The translations under genes were made by a program, and so were the position numbers. This document shows positions 47,201 to 54,044 of a DNA stretch of 63,216 bases, piece after piece. The stretch comes from Bacteroidota bacterium (GTDB lineage: Bacteria > Bacteroidota > Ignavibacteria > SZUA-365). The notes below the pieces were generated by a model. The model saw only the letters and a list, made by a program, of their open reading frames with translations. It made no database searches and was not told where the DNA came from. The DNA is taken from contig JAMIQH010000153.1 in NCBI GenBank assembly GCA_035914695.1, positions 1 through 63,216 on the forward strand. The letters run 5' to 3'. Positions within the stretch are counted from its first letter, which is position 1; the number at the start of each line of letters is the position of its first letter.

Positions 47201-49252
47201 GGCGACACCACGACGACCACGAATCCGCTGAACGTGACGTTGTGGCGCAGCAAGCGCATCATCGCGTACTTCCGTCCGAAGCCCTGCCAACCCGAGCCCA
47301 TGACGGCGTGGCGGCATTCGCTGGACTTCATCAATGCGCGGCAGACGCAGGTGACGCTCGACTACGCCATGCAGGCGGGCGCGGGTGACGGCCTCGAAGC
47401 CGGACAGACCGATTTGCCGCCCTTCCCGCCGCCCTCGGCCTTCGATATCCGCTTCATTAATATCGCGGGTTCGCAGGGCAGCACCACCGATTGGCGCGCG
47501 GTCAAACCTTCGCACATCTATCAGGGCCGTGTGCAAACCGGACCCACGAATCCGGTGCGCATGAGTTGGCCCGCTCCGCCCGTGTCGCCCAACGCCTCGT
47601 TCACCTTGCGCATTCAGGGTGTGGCGGGCAGCATCGACATGCGGACGACATCGAGCTACACCTTCACCGACGAGGGCACGTACATTTTCACCATCGAGGT
47701 GAAAGAGCCGAGTTGCCCGAAGCCGACGAAGGAGAACGACGTGGTGGTCATCACCAAGGACGTCGACTCCAGGGATTGGCCCTGCGTTAAGTTGACACTC
47801 GACCTGCGCGAGCGTTCCACCGGCAAGCCCTTCCCGTACTACAACCCGTACTTCCTCAATTTCAACGAGAAAATGGGCGATGGTTCGGTGAAGCCGATGC
47901 GTTTGCGTGAAATGAATCAGCTCGACTCCGTGCTGATCGTGTGGCTGTGCTTCGACGACTCGCAGCCCGGCCGTGATCGCGACATCGACATTGTCAACGA
48001 CAACGAGGACGACGATCAGGACAACGACACCACCAAGGTGCGCATTCCGATACCGCTGCCCACCGGAACGGGCGATCCCGTGCGCTTCGCATGGAAGATC
48101 CCGGCCGACTGGCAGATGGTGTCGCTGCCGCTGGACATGAAGGATCCGAATCTGAGTTCGATGTTCAGCAATCCCGGCTTGGTGATGTATCAGTTCAACA
48201 CCACGGCGGGCGCGTACGAACCCATTCTCAACATGGAATTCGGCCGCGGCTACTGGGTGAAGAGTGCCGGACTCGAAGGTATTCTGATCGGTCTCAACCG
48301 TTACGACTTCGAATGGACGGGACTCAACGGCATCGGTCAGCCCTTCGGCTACGGCTGGAATATGATCGGCGCCCTGAGCAAGATTCTCCCCGTGGCAAGC
48401 ATACAGCAGACTCCGGCCGGCAGCATGAAGTCCATTTTCGGATGGAATCCCGCCTCCGGCTACGTGGTGCCCACGAACATCGAACCGGGCAAGGGGTACT
48501 GGGTGCGGGTCGATCCGGGCGCGAAGCTGCGCATGCAGACCACGCCGTTCACCGGCGGTTCCTCCACCACCGCGTACAGCAAGGTTGTGGACAAGCTCGA
48601 CATCGCCGGCATGATCACCGTGTCGGACGAGCAGGGCAGCCGTTCGCTGTACATCACGGGCACCGCGCTGGAGAGCGCCGAGCGTGACGCGCTCATGCTC
48701 CCGCAGTTGCCGCCCGACAACGTTCTCGACGCGCGTACCGGCGAGCAATCGCTGTACGTGTTCGAGGGCACAAACACAGTGCGCATCCGTGCTGCCGGAA
48801 CGGTGACCATCGCCGTGCCGGGCGACATGCCGCGCGCCTCCCTCGAGCTGTGGTCGACGGACGGCACCTTGCTGGCGACCTTCACCGGTCTGGCCGGTGA
48901 GCGTCTGACGCTGGACGTGGCGGGCGAGAAGGAGTTGCTGCTCAAGGCCACCGTGCGTCCCATCGCGGGCGAAGAGGTGCTGGGCATCAACTATCCGAAT
49001 CCCTTCCGCGTGGCGAGCGAAACGTGGATTCCGTACACGCTCGCGCGCGACACGCAAGTGCGCCTGGCGATTTACGACGTCCTGGGTCGTGAACTCCGCA
49101 CACTCGTTTCCTCGCATCAGTCCGCCGGTTCCCGACTCGTGTCGTGGAACGGACGCGACGAGCATGGCGACGCGGTGCCCGCCGGCATGTACATGTACCG
49201 TCTGGAAACCGCCGACGGTGTCGTTTCACGTACCCTCACCATCGTCAAGTAG
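44204..49252 (+). CDS. giant secreted multidomain protein (about 1682 aa) with HExxH metalloprotease-like motif and T9SS C-terminal sorting domain
   Basis: ORF 44012..49252. Start taken at MKRCIHTVVVMLSFLDLHGAAFGQ (ATG 44204, AAAGGA upstream). VIAHEMGHLWGAPDEY contains the HExxH motif. The C-terminus INYPNPF...GMYMYRLETADGVVSRTLTIVK is a T9SS CTD. Confidence 0.8.
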   Translation: MKRCIHTVVVMLSFLDLHGAAFGQAQQPGYVPPDAAAFGLEAHNQHLAVIRTSCNTIDEAVQLRDELVRKGALVSIFTSPQIMMAWVPPEAKSGVQSTQLATALGTIGVESVSYNSAEFNTQVANHTMAALSDADQALLDYLDFIKRPLTEDEREHIRKSEEEMAARAPFMPAHDCMRFPTTDEPSPRELHKGIPSVEVGDPQIMHASKIRGYVVHTSFFVESKSGTGTWNWDGTIYDRYRNFYVAAINYWAGFTAKYGRTLTTYWRLYSPYNTNAQVTGEPTTTGENSFIPEIVKKFYTPSGSNKPPAWDWADAGLEYCWWYNQKIRAAFGSDDAVCGFIAYKPSGSEAIWPHAVGIIWGGTELEGVYFALDTQYWQCELDPFSKPRRNVIAHEMGHLWGAPDEYRNDNCSDSYRGIANINCQTTRPAYGRPGFNMRGWDGIMVENYIYGNSLATPVHTGVIPVGEAVKTRLFTSTPSGAPLTFRNCDDIRTQNLTAPIAVPMDFDYCYRLVVPASRNVSGTMYYFDYFEVKRASGATTNVDWYANELPSYAVTSTFANPVTDVRVVYTSSPPDIFTVNTTVTAHLAPAGSSASPNPGVAVKWRNKYNMNETQTYVEVEVAAGNWQRLQAGSHMPLGPFNVPINQWTGVIVYSIPGVSGTGTNAIQSNREYKFRVVGYFNTNRGTPSQVASVTTRPATPADTVYCQDPNEPNSISSPKVLTSSGPGMEPYRVKGATVITGIAGEFSWFIPKGDYYRVTAINLSGTFFGEYLRLALRVKPGSNFVPKFRAQRAGSATHINGYKSGDEYILSLNTDGEYLIKVEPEISQSISYDLVDRTGGHFAFGEYEILVERANSYPPIAVPCFNCVKYHFLKPFPGEIILEPHPTVDLFRGGVDKAKPLAFKMRYQVPPGFSFLGFGGDLGTLPGNPVDINIGPNTAPGTYNIFPILEPIDPKNAELVIINPQGPGGPHDERKSGPIGSTVVATATAPTGYMFVGWGGDTTTTTNPLNVTLWRSKRIIAYFRPKPCQPEPMTAWRHSLDFINARQTQVTLDYAMQAGAGDGLEAGQTDLPPFPPPSAFDIRFINIAGSQGSTTDWRAVKPSHIYQGRVQTGPTNPVRMSWPAPPVSPNASFTLRIQGVAGSIDMRTTSSYTFTDEGTYIFTIEVKEPSCPKPTKENDVVVITKDVDSRDWPCVKLTLDLRERSTGKPFPYYNPYFLNFNEKMGDGSVKPMRLREMNQLDSVLIVWLCFDDSQPGRDRDIDIVNDNEDDDQDNDTTKVRIPIPLPTGTGDPVRFAWKIPADWQMVSLPLDMKDPNLSSMFSNPGLVMYQFNTTAGAYEPILNMEFGRGYWVKSAGLEGILIGLNRYDFEWTGLNGIGQPFGYGWNMIGALSKILPVASIQQTPAGSMKSIFGWNPASGYVVPTNIEPGKGYWVRVDPGAKLRMQTTPFTGGSSTTAYSKVVDKLDIAGMITVSDEQGSRSLYITGTALESAERDALMLPQLPPDNVLDARTGEQSLYVFEGTNTVRIRAAGTVTIAVPGDMPRASLELWSTDGTLLATFTGLAGERLTLDVAGEKELLLKATVRPIAGEEVLGINYPNPFRVASETWIPYTLARDTQVRLAIYDVLGRELRTLVSSHQSAGSRLVSWNGRDEHGDAVPAGMYMYRLETADGVVSRTLTIVK

Positions 49253-49265
49253 GAGGACGACCATC

Positions 49266-50360
49266 ATGAAATACACCGTCGCAACAATCATCGCACTCCT
49301 CGCGCTCGCCATTCCGGCGGGCGCGCAGGAGCTGCGTGGCGTGCAGTTGGAATTCCTCGTGGCGAACAGTGCGGGACGCGAGCAGACGCTCGCGCTCGGC
49401 ACCTACGAGGGTGCGACCAACGGCCTCGACATGCATCTCGGCGAAGCGGAACTCCCTCCCGCACCGCCGCAGGAAATTTTCGATGCCCGCGTGGCGAGTA
49501 CGCCCGGTGGCTCGCAGCTCGGCACCGGATCGTTCAAGGATTTCCGTGCGCCGTCAGGTTCCGGGAATACCTTTTCCATGACCTACACCATCGCGTATCA
49601 GGCGGGCCTCAACCAGAACGGCGTCACGCTGTCCTGGCCCGAGGAATTGCCCGGACGCATCACCAAGCTCACTGTGGACGGCGAGGACATGGCGGGCAAG
49701 AGCTCGGTGCAATCGCAGTTCGCCACGGGGCAGTTCACCATCGTGCTGTCCTTCGATCTCTCGCCGCTCGGCTTCCTCGTGAATCCGAATCCCATCAACT
49801 TCAACGTGAACAACCGCGACGAGCCGCCCACGCAAACCGTGCGCATCAGCACGCAGGGCGACACGCGTGCCTCGTGGTCGCTGGAGAGCACCGTGGACTG
49901 GATCACCGTGGAACCCTCCACGGGCGAGGGCTCGGGCGACGTGCAGGTGACCGTGAACACGCGTCTCCTGCCCGCCGGAACCTACAACGGCCTGCTGAAA
50001 GTGCGCAGTCCGCTGTATCCGACGCGTCTCGATGTGCCGGTGAACATGACCATGGTCGTCGGGGTGGAGCGCGCGCCGCTGCCGGGTGAAATGTGGATCG
50101 GACAGAACTATCCGAATCCCTTCAATCCGACCAGCGTTGTGGAACTCGACCTCGGCACACCGCGGGCGGGCGCCGTGCCGCGCCTGACCGTGCAGGATAT
50201 GCTCGGGCGCGATGTGCTCGATCTTTCGGCCGACGTCGCACGCGTCGAAGGCCGTCAGAGCATTCGCATCGACGCTTCCGCGCTGCCCGGCGGCAGTTAC
50301 ACCTACACGCTGCGTTACGGCGCTTCGGTGATGACGCGCAGCATGATTGTGTTGAAGTAA
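49266..50360 (+). CDS. secreted protein with T9SS C-terminal sorting domain
   Basis: ORF 49089..50360. Start taken at MKYTVATIIALLALAIPAGAQ (ATG 49266). N-terminal LPPxPP-FDxR module, a BACON/Ig-like middle region and the CTD GQNYPNPFNPTS...YTYTLRYGASVMTRSMIVLK. Confidence 0.75.
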   Translation: MKYTVATIIALLALAIPAGAQELRGVQLEFLVANSAGREQTLALGTYEGATNGLDMHLGEAELPPAPPQEIFDARVASTPGGSQLGTGSFKDFRAPSGSGNTFSMTYTIAYQAGLNQNGVTLSWPEELPGRITKLTVDGEDMAGKSSVQSQFATGQFTIVLSFDLSPLGFLVNPNPINFNVNNRDEPPTQTVRISTQGDTRASWSLESTVDWITVEPSTGEGSGDVQVTVNTRLLPAGTYNGLLKVRSPLYPTRLDVPVNMTMVVGVERAPLPGEMWIGQNYPNPFNPTSVVELDLGTPRAGAVPRLTVQDMLGRDVLDLSADVARVEGRQSIRIDASALPGGSYTYTLRYGASVMTRSMIVLK

Positions 50361-50481
50361 CGCGAGGAAACTGATTCCGATGAACACTGTCGATTCCTTC
50401 ATCTCCGTCGGCCCCGGATTCCGGGGCCGACGGGGAATTCTTCCTGTCAACACCAATCATGAACCTGCGCGGGATACAGCC

Positions 50482-53232
50482 ATGAACATACTTCGCTTCG
50501 CGGTGGTTGCTGTCGCGCTGCTGTTTCCCGTTGCCCTTTCGGCACAGTACAGCGCTTCGAACAGCTACCTCTCCCTGACCGGCTCCGGCTACGTCAGCGT
50601 GCCGAATAACACGGCATTGAATTACGATCTTATCACCAGCGGTCAGATCAGTATCGACGCCTGGGTGCGTCCCACGGCGTCGGGTTCGCAGATGACCATC
50701 GTCGGCAACGATCTGAGTTTCGGCTACTGGTTCGGACTGACGCCGCAGGGCAAGCTGCGTTTCAATCCGAATCCGAACTTGTTCTGGGAGAGCAACGCCA
50801 GCATTCCCGGAAACACCTGGACGCATGTGGCGGTGAGCTTCAACGCACAGCAGAACAGTCTGGTCTTCTATATCAACGGCGCGGTGGATCGCACCGTGAG
50901 CACGCAGCAGACCTATCTCGGCTATGCGTACTTCGATTTGCGCATCGGTGCGGATCGCACGCCGAATGGTCCGGCGTATTACTGGACCGGCGGTATCGAC
51001 GAGGTGCGCATCTGGAATTCCGTCATCAACTTCAGCACCGCGCTGGGATTGCTGTACCGCATTCCCCACGGCGTGACCGGCGGCTTGCACGGCCGCTATC
51101 TCAAAGGTGGCTGGCGTTTGAACGGCGATGCGCAATCCATCGGCGGCAATGTCAATGGTTCGACGGTGGGCGCGGTGAGCTATTTGATCGATCCCGATCC
51201 CCCGCATTATCCGCGCATTTCACTGGTACTGAGCAATGGACCGAACGACAATGACTGGCTGGCCGTGGCGCCGAACAACGCCTTCAGTTTCCCGCAGCAG
51301 TACACGGTGGAATGCTGGGTGCGGCCGGTGGCAGGAGGCAACAGTCAGTTTCAGACCTTTGTCACCATTGGCAACAATCTAAAAAACAACTGGCAGTTCT
51401 GGCTTGGACTGAATAAATCCAACGGTCGCGTGCGCTTCATGCCTGCGGGCAACTGGAGTCAGGCCACGGAGAGCAACAGCACCCTGCCGCTGAACACTTG
51501 GACGCATGTGGCCGCGCGCTACCAGCAAGGCGTGACCGGCGGCTACACCGCGGTGATTTTCCTCAATGGTGTTGAAGCCGGCAGAGGTACGTTCTCCACG
51601 CCGAGCAACAGCGTATCCGAACCGTTGTTCTTCGGCGCGGCGGACACGCGCGGCGGCTATGGATTGGCGGGCTCGCTGGATGAAGTGCGCATCTGGAACG
51701 TGGCGCGCAGCGAAGAACAGATCGCCGACCACCATCGCATGGAACTCGATGGTCCGTTGTCTGGGCTTGTCGCTTCGTATCATTTCGACGGCGATGTATT
51801 GGATGAAAGCGGCAACGGCCTCAACGGCGTGCCGCAGTTCCCCTCCGCATCCTCGGGCTACTTCGCGGACGCCAGTTCGCTGCCCTCGCTCGCTTCGCTT
51901 GCGCTTCTCAGGCCTTTGGGAGGTGAGCGTTGGGAAATCGGCACGACGCAGCGGATCCGCTGGAGTGCCGAGGGTCTGGTGAATGTGCGCATCGAACTCT
52001 CGCGCGATGGTGGCAACACCTTCAACGAAGTGTTGACTCCGGGCACGCCGGCATCGGCGGGGCAGTTCGACTGGCTGGTGTCCGGTCCGAGCACGCTCAC
52101 GGCCGTGGTGCGTGTGCGCCCGCCCTCGACCAGTCTTCTGGAGCAATCGAGTGGCAATGTGGTTATCGAGGATCCGGTTCCCTTGCTCGACGTGAACCCG
52201 CGGCAGCTCGTGTTCAACGCCACGGCCAACGGTCCCTTGCCGCCATCGCAGAAGGTGGAGATCAAGAACATCGGTGGCGCGCAGCTCAACTGGGATGCCA
52301 CGCCGATGCAGGGCATCTGGATGTCGGTGGATCCGACCTCCGGTGTTCTGAACGATGACTCGCTCACGGTGCGCATGCTGAGCACGCAGCTTCCGGTGGG
52401 GCAGTACAGCGACCGCATCACCATCGGCGGCAACGCGGTGAATGCCGGTATACAGATCAACGTGATCTACAACATTTCGCCGGCCATTTCCTACGACCTC
52501 TCCGGTTCCGTGACCTATCCAACGGGCGCGCCCATTGAAGGCGTGTTGATGAAGTTGGAAGGAACGGAGAATCGCTCGACGCACACCGACGCGAACGGCA
52601 AGTATTCCTTTATCGGACTGGGACCGGGGGATTACACCGTGATTCCCTCCGATCCGCTGTACGATTTCCAACCGATTTCGCGCATGTTTGCTCCATTGAC
52701 CTCTACGCAAACCGGCGTGAATTTCTCCGGCATCATCAAGCAAGGTGTGGTGAAAATCCGCTACAAGCAGGGCTGGAATCTGATTTCGCTGCCGCTGGTG
52801 CTGCCCGGTGCCACGGCGGCCTCGCTGTTCCCGCATGCCACGAGTCCGGCCTACGAATACTTACCCGAGGCCGGGTATGTGGAAGCCCCGTTGCTGGAAT
52901 TCGGCAAGGGGTATTGGCTCAAGTTCTCGAAAGCGGACAGCATCGTGTTGAACCGACCATTCTCGCCGATCCTGGAGGTCTCACTCCCGGGCTCCTTCGG
53001 CGGCTGGGCGCTGATCGGCGTGCCGAGCGGACCGGTGCATATCGCGGACATTCTCCAGAATCCCGCTGGTGCGCTGCTGGCCGTCTACGGCTACGATCCG
53101 GACTCGGGGTACTTCATCCCGCCGGACGGCGTGTTGCGTCCCGGACGCGCGTACTTCGTGAAGGTGAACACCGCCGCGGTGCTCAAGCTCATTTCCGCGG
53201 TGTTGATCAATCCCGTGTGGAGACCATACTGA
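50482..53232 (+). CDS. secreted protein with three LamG/concanavalin-A-like lectin domains; no T9SS CTD seen
   Basis: ORF 50380..53232. Start taken at MNILRFAVVAVALLFPVALSAQ (ATG 50482). Contains three copies of the W.HVA...NG...(I/L)DEVRIWN pattern. The C-terminus carries the GWNLISLPL...GKGYWLK module. Confidence 0.75.
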   Translation: MNILRFAVVAVALLFPVALSAQYSASNSYLSLTGSGYVSVPNNTALNYDLITSGQISIDAWVRPTASGSQMTIVGNDLSFGYWFGLTPQGKLRFNPNPNLFWESNASIPGNTWTHVAVSFNAQQNSLVFYINGAVDRTVSTQQTYLGYAYFDLRIGADRTPNGPAYYWTGGIDEVRIWNSVINFSTALGLLYRIPHGVTGGLHGRYLKGGWRLNGDAQSIGGNVNGSTVGAVSYLIDPDPPHYPRISLVLSNGPNDNDWLAVAPNNAFSFPQQYTVECWVRPVAGGNSQFQTFVTIGNNLKNNWQFWLGLNKSNGRVRFMPAGNWSQATESNSTLPLNTWTHVAARYQQGVTGGYTAVIFLNGVEAGRGTFSTPSNSVSEPLFFGAADTRGGYGLAGSLDEVRIWNVARSEEQIADHHRMELDGPLSGLVASYHFDGDVLDESGNGLNGVPQFPSASSGYFADASSLPSLASLALLRPLGGERWEIGTTQRIRWSAEGLVNVRIELSRDGGNTFNEVLTPGTPASAGQFDWLVSGPSTLTAVVRVRPPSTSLLEQSSGNVVIEDPVPLLDVNPRQLVFNATANGPLPPSQKVEIKNIGGAQLNWDATPMQGIWMSVDPTSGVLNDDSLTVRMLSTQLPVGQYSDRITIGGNAVNAGIQINVIYNISPAISYDLSGSVTYPTGAPIEGVLMKLEGTENRSTHTDANGKYSFIGLGPGDYTVIPSDPLYDFQPISRMFAPLTSTQTGVNFSGIIKQGVVKIRYKQGWNLISLPLVLPGATAASLFPHATSPAYEYLPEAGYVEAPLLEFGKGYWLKFSKADSIVLNRPFSPILEVSLPGSFGGWALIGVPSGPVHIADILQNPAGALLAVYGYDPDSGYFIPPDGVLRPGRAYFVKVNTAAVLKLISAVLINPVWRPY

Positions 53233-53268
53233 CCGATTACCAACGGATAGCATGCTCCGAATAATATC

Positions 53269-53301
53269 GCACCGCCCACGGCCCCACGTCGTGGGCGGTG
53301 C
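53269..53301 (+). terminator. GC-rich hairpin after the LamG protein gene
   Basis: gcaccgcccacg (53269-53280) pairs with cgtgggcggtgc (53290-53301), leaving a 9-nt loop. There is no clear U-tract. Confidence 0.55.
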
Positions 53302-53349
53302 GGCGTTAAGGGGAGAAGAGCGCGTGTTTGCCGGTAGGAGCGGGTTCGG

Positions 53350-53490
53350 CACAGGGGGAGAAGCACAGAGGACGCAGATTTCACACGGATTTTCACAGAG
53401 GATAACGTTTCCGACAGACGTTCCGAAACCCTGCTCACCGAACTCTTGCGTCGTATGTACCCTTGCGTTACGCGCCCTTGCGTTACGTGT
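53350..53490. repeat. degenerate CACAGAT-family repeat (copy R6)
   Basis: gcacagaggacgcagatttcacacggattttcacagaggataacg ... cccttgcgttacgcgcccttgcgttacg. Confidence 0.7.
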
Positions 53491-53523
53491 ATTTGCCGGA
53501 GGGGAGAGTGTGAAGAGAGGGGC

Positions 53524-53571
53524 GGTGTTGACGCACCGCCCCGGGCAAACGAGTGAGAACCTGGTGATCTC
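53524..53571 (+). promoter_or_regulatory. conserved box pair GGTGTTGACGCA ... AACCTGGTGATCTC (copy 1)
   Basis: Both boxes recur at 56931-56974, and in looser form at 53828-53861. All copies lie in 5' regions of plus-strand outer-membrane or secreted genes. Confidence 0.4.
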
Positions 53572-53827
53572 CGCAGGCAGTGCCTGCCGTTTGCATGGGA
53601 AATATAGACATTGCATGTCTTGGATTCAACCACACGATGAAGCGTCCGGGCGTAAGTTGTTTGAAGCATGTGCAGCGGGTCCCAGCGCCGGAAAACGGTG
53701 CTGTGAAAAACGAGCGGTCGGCGGTACGCAATTTTCACAACAGCCAAACACAGCGCTAACAGTGGCGATGCTACATTGAGATACGTCTTCGATGTGGAGG
53801 ATGCGTGCGTCCGAAGTATCGGGACGT

Positions 53828-53861
53828 GGTTTTGACGGACCACGACAACAACCTGGTGATC
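53828..53861 (+). promoter_or_regulatory. conserved box pair, degenerate copy (GGTTTTGACGGA ... AACCTGGTGATC)
   Basis: Lies 185 bp upstream of the TBDR start at 54045. Confidence 0.35.
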
Positions 53862-54044
53862 GATGTATTCAACAAGGACGGAATCATTGGCCGTTTTCAT
53901 AACGGACGCTGATCTGCGCGCACGCGCCTGTGCCTCGCATGGGCGCGTGTGTTTGTTTCCTTGCTTCGCTCCCGCCGGGTACGTGGTTCGATGACAGTAG
54001 CGCGCAAGCCGCGCGGCACTACGATCACAATATCCCGTGAAATC

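Noticed and set aside
45239-49165. 1308-aa minus-strand ORF
   Set aside because: It is antisense to the giant secreted protein gene, whose product has a signal peptide, an HExxH motif and a T9SS CTD. The antisense translation is Arg/His/Gly-rich with no motifs.
53558-53600. Cobalamin riboswitch upstream of the TonB-dependent receptor; GAACCTGGTGA resembles the GGGAA.CC.GGUGA core
   Set aside because: The downstream elements I would expect (GC.ACUGU, GCCACUG, and the B12 box AGCC.GGAGACCUGCC) are absent in both copies. The GGGAA is replaced by GAGAA, AAAAA and ACAAC in the three copies.
53760-53912. Short open frame encoding ...CGGCVRPKYRDVVLTDHDNNLVIDVFNKDGIIGRFHNGR upstream of the TBDR
   Set aside because: Only a GTG start is available and there is no RBS. 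The NLVI similarity to the other boxes is at the nucleotide level (AACCTGGTGATC), so it is more likely a DNA or RNA motif than a peptide. I cannot support it as a gene.
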